From: Octopus bimaculoides
Taxonomy: Eukaryota
NCBI RefSeq assembly: GCF_001194135.2
Contig: NC_068984.1
Location: 85,789,777 to 85,853,443, forward strand
Length of the DNA: 63,667 bases
Direction of reading: 5' to 3'
Made by a program: the position numbers and the translations under genes. The notes under the pieces are model-generated. The model saw only the letters and a program-made list of their open reading frames with translations, was not told the origin of the DNA and searched no databases. Of the stretch, positions 1-11,761 are shown piece after piece (positions within the stretch are counted from its first letter, which is position 1; each line of letters begins with the position of its first letter).

Positions 1-352
1 ACCATTCTTCTATCCCAAGTTTCCTCATTGACCACCAGATAAGGGATCGGGGGACCCTGTCAAAGGCTTTCTCCATGTCAACGAAAGCCAGGTACAGAGG
101 TTTATCCTTGGCTAGGTATTTCTCCTGCAGCTGTCTTACTAGAAATAAGGCATCAGTAGTGCTTTTACCTGGCACGAACCCAAACTGCATCTCATCTAAA
201 TTGATTCGCTCCCTAATTAGTTGGGCTATGACCCTCTCTGTAACTTTCATAACCTGATCTAACAGCTTGATGCCTCTGTAATTATTTGTATCTGAAGCGT
301 CACCTTTACCTTTGTAGCAGTTGACTATGATGCTGCTACACCAGTCATTGGG
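1..352 (-). mobile_element. RTE-clade LINE reverse-transcriptase fragment (runs off window edge)
   Basis: Manual - strand translation is open: PNDWCSSIIVNCYKGKGDASDTNNYRGIKLLDQVMKVTERVIAQLIRERINLDEMQFGFVPGKSTTDALFLVRQLQEKYLAKDKPLYLAFVDMEKAFDRVPRSLIWWSMRKLGIEEW. It has the non-LTR RT motifs NYRGI, QFGF and FVDxEKAFDRV. Confidence 0.9.
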
Positions 353-479
353 TTGTAAATATAAGCATTATGGTCATTGTAAAAACGTAAATTTAAGTGG
401 TGTTGCAAATATGGATATTCCAATGTTAAATTAAGTAGGGAGTCAGCTAAACTGGTTGCACAGGTACTTCCTGTACACC

Positions 480-1135
480 AAATCTAAGTAAAATCATTGA
501 TTTGGTTGGTTGGCAGAAACCTAAAAATGCACTTGTAACTTACTCTAAAATATCTCAAACAGATTCAGTAAATGGCAAAAAGAGGCGTGGGAATGTCAGG
601 GGAATAGGTCGAACAACAGGGAATGTTTTTAATCTGACCAGATGGAAATTCCAGACTGGAATGGATCCAGAAGACATAGAAACCCTTGCTTCGGATTGAG
701 CTGGATGGCAAACAAAAGTGTGGAGTGGAGTGAAAGCATTTGAAGAGGCCAGGATAACACATGCAAGACTCAAAAGAGATTTAAGGAAGAATGTTACGAC
801 CGAGAGGGTGAATCACAATGACCTTTTTGTGTACACAGTTTGTGAAAGACCATGCCTTTTACTGGATTCAAATCTCATTTGCGAACCAATAAAATACGAA
901 CCTCCATCAACTATTCTGCCTATATGTCTGTGCACACCTTTGAATGCAATGTATGCCAGAAGGTTTGCAAATCTAATGGAGGCCTCAAAAGACATTTTAA
1001 GATCCACAAAGATCAGAACTTATCTGCAGCTCTTGGTGGTCCAAATCGGATATGCAATCTATGTGGGTGCCTTTTCAGAACATTGTCTGGTTTAAAAAGT
1101 CACATCAGATGCCATGATGGTTCTAAGGTATAGGT
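480..1135 (+). mobile_element. Degenerate 3' end of a LINE ORF2 (RTE-like) with C-terminal C2H2 zinc fingers
   Basis: Frameshifted ORFs 718-1095 (W.GVKAFEEARITHARLKRDLRK, typical post-RT region) and 852-1133 (CNVCQKVCKSNGGLKRHFKIH; CNLCGCLFRTLSGLKSHIRCH), followed by a (TA)n tail. Confidence 0.65.
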
Positions 1136-1172
1136 ACCAGAGGTGGTCAAACTATCCATAAGGAGTAGACAA

Positions 1173-1208
<36 letters not shown>

Positions 1209-1809
1209 CATATATGCATACACATGCAAATATGGTGAAATGAACATCAAAATTGTGTTGGTTGCTGATGGTCCAGAATAAAAGTTTACTGAAATGACTA
1301 AAGACAAACAACTGCAGTATACATTTTGTGTTGAAGTCTTCTTTCACATACCAGCAGCTGTGTGTGTGTGTGTCTGTGTGTCTGTGTCAGTGCATGTGCA
1401 TGTGCACTTTGATATAGTAAGATAGTAGATAAGATGTTTTAACTTTTTTTTTTCCCTATCAACCCCAGCTTTCATATATACAGTCCCTAGACACAGCTGC
1501 CTGGTTATATGACTGTGCATTGATCTAGTGTAACAGATTACTGCTAGAGGAAAGTTTTCTAATGATAAAATCCAAGTTTCTAAAATTACATTCAGTCCTT
1601 AGATACTGTTGATTGTAAAAAATTCACAACTTTATCAGATCAAAAATGGTGTCACAAAAGATAAGATATTAAAAATAATCTAAGTGTATTAAATAAGACA
1701 TGCTTATCAAGATATCCGATTTTATACACACATATGCACCACACACACACACACACACACACATACACACACACACACACACACACATGATATGTATACA
1801 TCTTCCCAC

Positions 1810-1970
1810 ATGGCTTCAGTCTCAACATGCAGGCCTACATGAAGTGCCTGGAGGAGGTAATGCTGCCCTGGTTCAAGAGAGTGATTACTGGAAGGTCCTG
1901 TGTCTGGCAACAGGACTCTGCACCATACCACACAAACAGGAGAACCCAGTCATGGCTGTCAGATGAAAAT
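1810..1970 (+). mobile_element. Tc1/mariner-superfamily transposase fragment
   Basis: ORF 1827-2063 begins YMKCLEEVMLPWFKRVITGRSCVWQQDSAPYHTNRRTQSWL, which contains the WQQDxAPxH motif around the second catalytic Asp. Confidence 0.75.
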
Positions 1971-2333
1971 AACATCATGGTAAGAAAGGCAAAAGAGAGC
2001 AGCAGTATTGAACTCAATGCTTCACCAAAAGTCAATCACAAAGAATGGCCATTGAAAAGGTGATAATACTGGCGGGGCCCTAGCATGGTCACAGCCTTTT
2101 GGCTGACACGCATATNNNNNNNNNNNNNNNNNNNNNNNNNNNNNNNNNNNNNNNNNNNNNNNNNNNNNNNNNNNNNNNNTATATATATATAATTTATAGA
2201 AAAACCACTATTAAATAATTCAATAAAGAAGAATTTAATTCATACCCTCCAGAAAATAAATATATCATAAAAACCTTACTAAAAAAAATCAATAAAATAC
2301 AAAAAGAATAACTAATAAATGGTATAAAATGAC

Positions 2334-2468
2334 TTAATTATTGTAGTAGGCTTTCCATTTAATCCTATTAATAAAATCTTTAAAATTATTAATAAGTTTC
2401 AAAATATATTCCTTTCTAGATGGTATAGGAATATCCTTCAAAGATGAATTCCAAAACAGCAGTTCAAT
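2334..2468 (-). mobile_element. Probable Penelope-like element ORF N-terminal fragment
   Basis: Manual translation IELLFWNSSLKDIPIPSRKEYILKLINNFKDFINRIKWKAYYNN* resembles, from memory, the S(L/M)KNIPIP...RxRWKAxFF N-terminal segment of invertebrate PLE ORFs. It lies close to a (TA)n-flanked gap. Confidence 0.5.
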
Positions 2469-2744
2469 CTTTCCTGTAAGTTCTATAACTAACAAAATTA
2501 AGAAATTTTACAGAACTAAGATTGAATACAACTTTCCTACTAATGTCTAATCATTTTTTACTTTATTTTTTTTTTTTTTCAGACCATTGATTGCCAGTCT
2601 AGCTTCTTTCTGAATTTCACCTGTGTCAAGTAAACATCACTTTCCAGCAATGAAAGCCAAAAATATGAATTTCATCTCATCCAATCATTAATTTGTTCTA
2701 CCACTGCCAGCACCAAACTGACAAATTCCCTGTTTTATGTTGAT

Positions 2745-2993
2745 CAGTGGTTCTCAACCATTTTTCCCCTGTGGACCCTTTTGATTCCTATGAGGGTGGA
2801 TCCTCATCACCATTCAGTATTTAAAAAAAAATCTTATTATATTTTCATAATTAAATATTATTAAGAATTGTATAAAAGAATGAACACATTTTGTGTACAG
2901 TAGAAGTATAACCAATTCATTGTACATAAATTCTAACAACAAAATCTTATATAAACCCCCAAGGTCTATGTGGACCCCAGTTAAGAACCACTG
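2745..2993. mobile_element. hAT (Charlie-type) MITE
   Basis: TIRs cagtggttctcaacc / agttaagaaccactg; 8-bp TSD atgttgat (2737-2744) and atgtagat (2994-3001), 7/8 identical. Confidence 0.85.
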
Positions 2994-3423
2994 ATGTAGA
3001 TGGATGTGGGAGTATTGATATATCTTGTTCAGTAAAACAGTACACTGACATCAAATGAAATCATAACCTTCATACTAAAGGATCAATGAAGAAGATCTCT
3101 ATAAATGTGCATGCTTCTCACAATTTTGTACATCAGCCAATCCAGTGCTTGATATGTACCAGAATAAGATGTATGAACAAGCTGCTAAATAGCTAGTGCA
3201 TTAAACTCAGTTTCTGTAGCACTAAAACTCTAACAATCATATTAAACTATTACAGGACAACTTTTCTGCTATCAAATAATAAGGGGAATGGCATTGTTTT
3301 GTTCAGGTAACACAACGAAACATTGATAGTGTAATTATATGACAAATTATGAGATCAGATCCCAGGATTTTATTCACTTGATCATTATTAACTGAAATAT
3401 ATCAGATTGTTCCATAACAAACC

Positions 3424-5388
3424 ATGGGTGGTGACTGTCAACCAGGGACTGCAGTAATTTCTCTAGCAGTTGTTGGTACAGCTCTGACTTTAATTGTTAT
3501 TTTTGTCATTGTTAAATGCTTATATCGCTATTTTAAGAAGCATTCTAGACATTCAGAAAATGCTGATTTAACTATATATGATATACGAAAATTATCAGAG
3601 CAAAGAGACAGTGTCTATAAATGTGCATGTTTTACACACTTTCCTTTTGTACATCAGCCAAGTGCCAGGAACCTCTGTCACCATCAACAACAACAACCAC
3701 AAACACAGATAACAGAAAATTCAACATCAGAATGTTCTTCTCTCCAAAACAAGAATACTAAACTAGCATACATAAATCCTGATTTTGAAGAAGTGATCCA
3801 AGGAAAATGTATTCCTTCAAATACTTCAAACTCAATTAGTTGTGCTGACAGCTGTATATTTACTGAGAATGATTCTGCATCACATTCCTATGTTCAAAAA
3901 GAAAGTAATATCCAAAACTCTAGTATGTATGATCCAAATTTTTTGCTTTCAGCCTACAATGCTGGGTACCCTATTGGAAACTGTCTGAAGGAAATATATC
4001 AAATAACAGAGCGCAGTATTACAAAACAAATTTGTAATAAACTGGTGGTTTGTGTAAGTCACCTGGTTACTGACGTTGGTGACACTCTCATACTTGATAA
4101 CATGGGTATATCTCTTTATATACCACCTGGAGCCATTGAAAGTGGGAAGAAACAGGTTATCTCTCTTGTGCTTAACTGGGACCTCTCAGATAATCCTCTG
4201 ATGACTGGTGATGAATCTCTTGTAAGTCCTCTTGTCTATTGTGGACCCCATGGTTTGAAACTGAAGCAAAGTTGTCAACTTACATTCAAACATTGTGCTT
4301 TTAATGTAAACGAACTAAAAATCTTGAAAAGTGAGACTGAACTTACAGGTCATAAAGATTGGCAACAGATAAAGGACAAAGACCATTCTGGGAATAACAA
4401 TGAACAGTGTCAAAACTCTTTTAATATCACACCAAATGAGTGTCAAGTCAATATAAGTAGTTTCACATTATTTACAGCCATCATGACTATTCTGGAAGAT
4501 TGTGATGATGACAGTCTTCCACAAAGCTGTAAATGGTTGCAATTGGCTGCTTTTTCATGTCCACTAAAGTCAAACAGTTCACATTACCAAATCAGAATTT
4601 ATTTTTTAAACAAGACGCCATGTGCTCTACAATGGGCCATTCAAAATGAAGCTAAATTTGGGGGTGTATTATGTTGTCCAGAAAAAGTGTTTTTGTTTGA
4701 TGGTAAGAAGGGAGTTGGACATGGAAAAGATGTGATTATTAATACAATATATACTTCTGAAGGATGGGAAATGATAGAAGATACAGATGACGAGTCAAAC
4801 AGAATTCCGTTCCTCTATATTTGGCATGGGAAATGTCCATATGCATCACTTTGTTTTCATCGTCAACTTTCTACATCAAAACCAACAAAAGACCTTAGTT
4901 TACAGTTCCATATCTTCCAAGAGACTTTGGAAAGTGCAGGTGAAAAATTAATTGTCCAAAACCAGGCCAAGCCAAATATTTATGATGATAGTGAGCAGCA
5001 GTGTCAGAAACATAAATCACCCCAAATCAAAATCCAAGTTTCAGTTGATGGATTTAAGGAAAGCCAAGATATTTTTGATGTTGCAAACCATTTGAAATGC
5101 AAGAAAATTCCACAGGAACTAAGATTGAAGCTTAAATTACTACTAGATCCTTCTTGTTTATTTGATAAAAACTGGAAAGCTTTGGCATCGTACTTGAAAC
5201 TTGATTCATCAATTCGTTACATGGAAGCAAAAGACAGTCCAACTGATCAACTTCTGGACATCTTAGAACAGAAAATGTACAGCTTGGAAGCAATACACCA
5301 TATTTTAACAGACATTGGGAGAATTGATGCTGCTACTGAAATAGAAGAATTTCTTGAACAGTCAGTGGAGGAATTACCACAGAATTAA
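3424..5388 (+). CDS. UNC5CL: UNC5C-like ZU5-UPA-death-domain membrane protein lacking an ectodomain (single exon, 654 aa)
   Basis: Intact 1965-bp ORF with aaccATGG context and an in-frame TAA 9 nt upstream. TM helix AVISLAVVGTALTLIVIFVIV is followed by basic residues. ZU5: LILDNMGISLYIPPGAI...LVSPLVYCGPHGLKLKQSCQLTFKHCA. UPA: KWLQLAAFS...IRIYFLNKTPCALQWAIQNEAKFGG. Death domain: KLLLDPSCLFDKNWKALASYLKL...SPTDQLLDIL. Orthology to vertebrate UNC5CL is not established. Confidence 0.85.
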   Translation: MGGDCQPGTAVISLAVVGTALTLIVIFVIVKCLYRYFKKHSRHSENADLTIYDIRKLSEQRDSVYKCACFTHFPFVHQPSARNLCHHQQQQPQTQITENSTSECSSLQNKNTKLAYINPDFEEVIQGKCIPSNTSNSISCADSCIFTENDSASHSYVQKESNIQNSSMYDPNFLLSAYNAGYPIGNCLKEIYQITERSITKQICNKLVVCVSHLVTDVGDTLILDNMGISLYIPPGAIESGKKQVISLVLNWDLSDNPLMTGDESLVSPLVYCGPHGLKLKQSCQLTFKHCAFNVNELKILKSETELTGHKDWQQIKDKDHSGNNNEQCQNSFNITPNECQVNISSFTLFTAIMTILEDCDDDSLPQSCKWLQLAAFSCPLKSNSSHYQIRIYFLNKTPCALQWAIQNEAKFGGVLCCPEKVFLFDGKKGVGHGKDVIINTIYTSEGWEMIEDTDDESNRIPFLYIWHGKCPYASLCFHRQLSTSKPTKDLSLQFHIFQETLESAGEKLIVQNQAKPNIYDDSEQQCQKHKSPQIKIQVSVDGFKESQDIFDVANHLKCKKIPQELRLKLKLLLDPSCLFDKNWKALASYLKLDSSIRYMEAKDSPTDQLLDILEQKMYSLEAIHHILTDIGRIDAATEIEEFLEQSVEELPQN

Positions 5389-6579
5389 TCTTAAAGAACA
5401 CAGCTGTTGACATATTAATTTGTAATAGAAAAACAATGCCAAATTTATGTAGAAAAGAGTATCATTGATGGAAGGAGGTCTAGTATGTAACTAGTATGCA
5501 TTTTATCAGCTCCTGAGAATGACAGAATTATTCCTGGCAAAATTTGAACTTCAATCCAATGCCAAATTACCACACACCTGCTATTGAAATATTATCCACC
5601 AAATGTTGGTATCATATCATTTCTCCATTCTAAAATAGATATCATTGCTGTCAGAACAGCAATGCTGGTCTTTACAATATGATCAATATGGCTAACATCG
5701 TTCTGTGACAATAAAATGTTAATATTGATCAAGTAACAATAAACTGTTAACTTTGTTCCTTGACAACAAACTTTTAACATTGACTGATTATCCATAAACT
5801 TTTAACATTGTTCACCAAGAATAAATTGTTATCATAGCTCAGTGATAATAAACTAATTACATTGCTTTGTATGAACTGTTAACTTGATCAAATCGTGATA
5901 TTTTAGTGTTCATAATAATAAAAAAAAATTATGTAAAACACTCTTACATTATCACCACCATCACTAACTGCATTACTACATCCACAATGACCATCTCTAT
6001 CATTCTACTACCACTATCACAGCAATCACCACTATCATCGGCATCACAACCTTCATAACTACTACAAATATGACCACCCTACTATCACTGTTATCAACAC
6101 CACCAAAACACAATTGGTAAGCAAAAACAGATCTTATCCCATGTGTCACTATACTGCTGTTGAAATAAACTGCCTTTATTTAAATTAATTTTGGAAATAA
6201 TGAAGAACTTAGTAAAAATAATTTGTCATCATAGTATATGCTGAGTTGAGACTTTGAGAGAACTAGGCTAGTCATATGGTCATATAGCACCCAAGCTAAG
6301 GTTGTAGCACCTCAGTTGAATTTGATAGATCCAAAATATAATTTGAGATACTGGTACCTGAGGTTATATTAATCATTATCTCAGATGAGTATACATCTGA
6401 TATGAGTTAATAAGATCTGAGATGAAATAAAAACAAAAATAAGATGAAGTATTATCAACTACTGTATAGTTTTAATATCAACTGAAAGAGTGTCATTTAT
6501 AAAGCCATATAACCATCCCACAGGTTATAATATCTGAGCTGAGACTATAACTTTAATATGGTTATATTATGTCAGCTAA

Positions 6580-8776
6580 GGATAAACAATAATTGTGCTA
6601 GACTTAGGACATCTAAGCTAGACTTTTAGGAAGCTCATAACAACAGTTCCTCTATCCCAGATTCGTTTTAGTTTCTATTTCTTATTTTGATATGAGTAGC
6701 ATCATATAACATGTGTAACTGTATGACAAGAGAAAGATTTGTTGAGTAAGCATATGTGCATTGACACATATGACTGTCTAGAGAAAGATTTAGATACCAG
6801 TAGTATAGATGACAACTGGAAATTTCTACAAAATAACATGCTTAAGGCTATAGATCAGATGTTCAGATGTACAGCTGGGGAAAATTCCAAGTCAAACCAA
6901 AGGTGACATAGTTGTGGAATGATAGGGCTAATATGATGGTAAAGCACAAGAGACAGGCTTGGAAAACCTAAAGAGCATTGATCCTACAACATGCAGATCA
7001 GAGGCATGAAGTGTTCAGGATTGCAAGACAGTGTTAGAGAGAACTGAGATGTAACTGTTGAGTAGTGTATTCAGAATGATAAAGGCATGCTTACCATTGC
7101 TATCAAGGATGAAAACATGTTATGAAAGAATTATTATGAGAGGCAGTTGAATGTAACTATTTCATGTTGGCCCTACAGAGGATCTGACAATTGAAGTTGA
7201 AGCATAAAAGTAAATAAAGCAATTAAAGACATGAAGGGAGGGAAAGCTGTTGACCCATTAGGGATAATCAGAGGTACTCAAAATAACTAGTGAGATAGCA
7301 AACATGATTACCATGCATATAGTTATTGGAAAGATGTCATACCCAATGACCGGTGTAGCAGTATCACTATAAACTGTTACAGAGACAAAGAAGATGCCTT
7401 GCAAAAAATAACAGAACAATTGATTCATAACAGAGTCAACCTAGATGAGATGCAGTTTAGCTTCATACCCAACAGAGTACCACAGGTGCAATCTTCCTGG
7501 TGAGACAACTACCAGAGAAATACTTGGTTAAAGTAAGCCATTATTTCTAGCATTTGTTGACTTGGAAAAAGTATTTGACAAGGTACCGTGTTCAGTAATT
7601 TGATGTTTACTAAGGAAATTAAGTGTAGGTAAATGGCATGTGATGGCTGTACAAGCTATATACAAAGACGCAGTAAATAAAGTGAGTCAGTAATGATTTC
7701 ACTGACAAATTTATCTTGAGGGTAAATTATGGTTCAGTCCTCAGTCCTCTTACTCTCTTATTTCTCATAGCTTTACAGGCCATCACAGGGAAGTTTCAGA
7801 TTGGCTGTCCATGGGGACTCATCTATGCTGATGAACTCCTTCTCATAGTGGAATAAGAGAGAAAATTCCAGGCATGGAAGCTAAACCTAGACTTGAGAAG
7901 CCTCAGGGTAATCTTAACAATGACTAAGGCTTTAGTAGGCGGGAAAAAAAAACAGGATCCCAGTATCATCAGAGAAATAGTCTTTCTTGTTTATGCAGAA
8001 AAGCTGTAGATAGAAATTCCATATGTTGTACCTTTTGGAAGCTACAGACTCATATGGGTGTAGTAGAATCACAGACAGACTAACAAAGTAAGCTTCACAT
8101 GTAACAGATGCACTGAAGCAATACATTCTACGAACGCACTGGAAATAGATTCTCTGAAATGTTCAGATGGCTTACTAGAAGTAGTTCTGTTACAAAGGAA
8201 ACATAACTAGCAAAGGGAGTATCTGAAAGTAGCATAGCCAGAGTAAGAACAAGTTAGTTTACTAACTATTATCACAACAGGCAATAAACGTCTTTTTCCT
8301 CAGAATGATGGACAAATATTATGATGCTTGTGTTAAAAGCACAATACTGCATTAGAGTGAGACATGAGCCTTGATTGTAGAAGATTTTCAAAGACTAGAA
8401 AGAAGTGAAGCTAGCATGGTCTGATGGACGTGCAATGTTAGTGCTTGTGAAAGTACAAATGAGCTAAGGGAAATGATGCGTACAAGAGGAACTGGGTGTA
8501 ATATGCAAGACAGGAGGTTGTGGCAGTATGGGCATGTGTTGTGTAAAGTGCTGTGCATTCCAAGTTTGAGGAACCTGTGGAAAAGGGAAACCAAGGAAAA
8601 CTGGGTTGAAGTAGTGAATGCTGATGTAAAGGTGCTACATCTCATGTTGGAGAGGACAAAAGACCATACTCACGAGCAAATAGAGGTACTACAGAAAACT
8701 CATCCTCCTATGATAAAACACTCTCTTACACAAGGGTAGCAATGAAGATACTGTAACATACATCATCATCATCATG
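6580..8776 (+). mobile_element. Degenerate RTE-clade LINE (same family as 1-352)
   Basis: Broken frames give IPNDRCSSITINCY, RVNLDEMQFSFIP, FVDLEKVFDKVP and LIYADEL (YADD site). Ends near a (CAT)n tract at about 8759-8775. Confidence 0.8.
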
Positions 8777-8864
8777 ATTTAATGTCCATGCTTCATGCTG
8801 GCATGGGTTGGACAATATATATATATTTTTTTATTTTTATATATTTATTTTTATTTTTATTTTT

Positions 8865-9070
8865 ATATATCTGTAACGTACTATGCTGACGAGCGATAGC
8901 TAGATTTCATTCTGGTAATCGTGAAATCGGTCGATACATAGTTGAGTTTATTGTTTTAAAAAAAGTTTTTTTTTTTAAGAGTTGCTTTTCCTCTCATTCA
9001 GTAATAAAATGTGTTTATTGGGAAGTTTAGTGTGTGGCATTATTCTGTTGTTATGCCCTTATATAAATAA

Positions 9071-9075
<5 letters not shown>
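8865..9075 (+). mobile_element. Short hammerhead-bearing element ending in a 22-nt hairpin and (TA)n (PLE pseudo-LTR / retrozyme-like)
   Basis: U-rich leader, hammerhead, about 95-nt spacer, GGCAT-N12-ATGCC hairpin (9036-9057), CTTATATA, then (TA)n. Homologous to 26890-27228 on the - strand. Confidence 0.6.
8880..8942 (+). ncRNA. Minimal type I hammerhead ribozyme fold
   Basis: Stem I ACUAUG(8880-85)/CAUAGU(8937-42); core CUGACGA (8886-92); stem II GCGAU/AUCGU, extended by GCUAGA/UCUGGU; GAAA (8923-26); stem III AUCG-GU-CGAU; cleavage triplet AUA ending at 8936. Confidence 0.75.
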
Positions 9076-9123
<48 letters not shown>

Positions 9124-9956
9124 TGTATATATATANNNNNNNNNNNNNNNNNNNNNNNNNNNNNNNNNNNNNNNNNNNNNNNNNNNNNNNNNNNNNNNNN
9201 NNNNNNNNNNNNNNNNNNNNNNNNNNNNNNNNNNNNNNNNNNNNNNNNNNNNNNNNNNNNNNNNNNNNNNNNNNNNNNNNNNNNNNNNNNNNNNNNNNNN
9301 NNNNNNNNNNNNNNNNNNNNNNNNNNNNNNNNNNNNNNNNNNNNNNNNNNNNNNNNNNNNNNNNNNNNNNNNNNNNNNNNNNNNNNNNNNNNNNNNNNNN
9401 NNNNNNNNNNNNNNNNNNNNNNNNNNNNNNNNNNNNNNNNNNNNNNNNNNNNNNNNNNNNNNNNNNNNNNNNNNNNNNNNNNNNNNNNNNNNNNNNNNNN
9501 NNNNNNNNNNNNNNNNNNNNNNNNNNNNNNNNNNNNNNNNNNNNNNNNNNNNNNNNNNNNNNNNNNNNNNNNNNNNNNNNNNNNNNNNNNNNNNNNNNNN
9601 NNNNNNNNNNNNNNNNNNNNNNNNNNNNNNNNNNNNNNNNNNNNNNNNNNNNNNNNNNNNNATATATATATATATACATATATATATAGTCCACTGGAGG
9701 GATAAAGGTAGAATGAGGTATTTCTGCCTCTTGGCTGAAACAGCTGTAAGGTGTTATCCCAATTTCTATTGCTATATGTTATATTTTAATAATTACTGAT
9801 ATTTTATATATTGTCATACATGTGTGTATATTGCTATAATTGTCCTTTTAGTAAATAAATAGATTGACATAATATAATATCTATAAGTTGATGAATACCA
9901 CCTTTTGATCCCCTCCATTTTCTTATTGCTCTCTCTCTCTCTCTCTCTTTATACAA

Positions 9957-10003
<47 letters not shown>

Positions 10004-10195
10004 GGGAGAGAAGGAGAGAGAGAGAGAGAGAAATATAAATACATTTTATATATAAGGTGTATATATATCATCATCGTCATCAACATTTAATATCTATTTT
10101 CCTTGCTGGCATGGGTTGGATCGTACTATATATATAAACAGTGTGTGTGTGTGTATATATATAAATATATATATATATGCACACACATCTATATG

Positions 10196-10232
<37 letters not shown>

Positions 10233-11610
10233 CTTGTATCTCCTATTGATATCACATGACAGTTGTAAATGAGTGTCACTGTCATGCAAGCAGTGTCGTC
10301 CATTTCAAATATTCTGTGAAAACTTTGTCTGGCCATAGGGAAAATATTACTTTACTTGAAAACAGGTGAGGGTTGGCAATGGGAAAGGCATCTGACTATA
10401 GAAAATCTGTCTCAATAAATGCTGTCCAAGCCATACAAGTAAAATAGATGTTAAAACAGTGATGGTGTTAATTATATATATATATACACATGCATATACA
10501 CAGGGTGGCCCAAAAGTAGGTTTACAGTTATTCAACTATCTCTTTCACATTCAATATATTAACAATTTAGATCTTAATTATAAAAATATATGAAGCCGTT
10601 ATTCTATGCTAATTTAGTTAATTGTAAGATAGAAATTTAAATGCAATAAAAATATAGGAGCCACAGATCCAAGTGTAGGAAGTTTGTAAGCTTTAAGCAG
10701 TAGGTATAGAGAACAACAGTGGACAGTATACAATAAGGTAGGATAACAATTTATTGATATCAAGAGTTACACACTTTTTCTCATATTGAAGTTGCAAAGA
10801 AATTGGTATTGTGTCTTATCATATACTGTCCACTTTAGTTATCTATACTAGCCACCTATTGCTTGAAACTTACACAAACACACGCACACATATATGCACA
10901 TACATTTATAATCATCATCCTTATCATTGTTGTGGTCATTGTGATGTCCACTTTTCCATGCTTGCATGGACATAGAATTCATTGAGGCAGACTTTCTACA
11001 GCTACATGCCCTTCTTGTTGCCAATCCTCACCAGTTTCCAAGCAAGGTAATAATTCTTCATAGCTAGACATGTTTTTTGTATGCCTGGTGACAGAAGTAT
11101 CAATTATTGATGCCTCATAAATTATATTTATAATTTTGAATTGTATTATATTGTAAAAATTATTAAATTCCTGTATCATATATTGTATTAAACTTCATTA
11201 ATTGATGATTCATATTGTCTACTTATTAATTTTGATTTGTAATCTCTAAATGTGTTGAAATTTGAATTTGAAAAAAGGAAACATGATTACTCCGGAACAC
11301 TTTCACTCTTATCATTATCATCATCATCACCATCATCATCGAATGTCCATTTTTTTTTCCATGTTCACATAGCTCAGATGGAATATGTTGAGGCAGATTT
11401 TTTACAGCAGGATGTTCTTTCTGTCACAAATCCTCAACAGTTTCCAAACAAGGTAATATTTCTCATGGCTGGACATGCTTTTCTTTAGAAGAATGGAGAT
11501 GAACAACACTGTTTTTATGATGATGATGTTTATTTAAAACCATCCAGTGAAGTCAGAGCAAAGGTACACACAGAGAAGCACACAGACTCACAGATATATA
11601 TGCATATATC

Positions 11611-11761
11611 ACAGGCTTTCAGTTTCTGTCTACAAAATCTACTCACAAGGCTTTAGTCAGCCTAGGGCTATAGTAGAAGACACTTGCTCAAAATGCATGC
11701 AGTGGAATTGAACCCAAGATCATATGGTCGGGAAGCAAGCTTCTCAACCACACAGCCACAT
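11611..11761 (-). mobile_element. tRNA-derived SINE (family A), 5' portion
   Basis: Reverse complement of the gtggctgtgtggt...ttcaattccactgc...gcaagtgtcttctactatagcc...gtgagtagattttgtagacagaaactgaaag consensus seen repeatedly in this window. Confidence 0.75.

Noticed and set aside
7820-7870. CTGATGA...GAAA motif
   Set aside because: It is the YADE codons of the LINE RT, with no supporting helices.
8982-9799. Long ORFs of 200-300 aa here and at 27105-27595, 49731-50687 and 51379-52109
   Set aside because: Artefacts of N gaps (about 2116-2179, 9136-9661, 27229-27423, 49938-50614, 51757-51992) and (TA)n tracts that lack stop codons.
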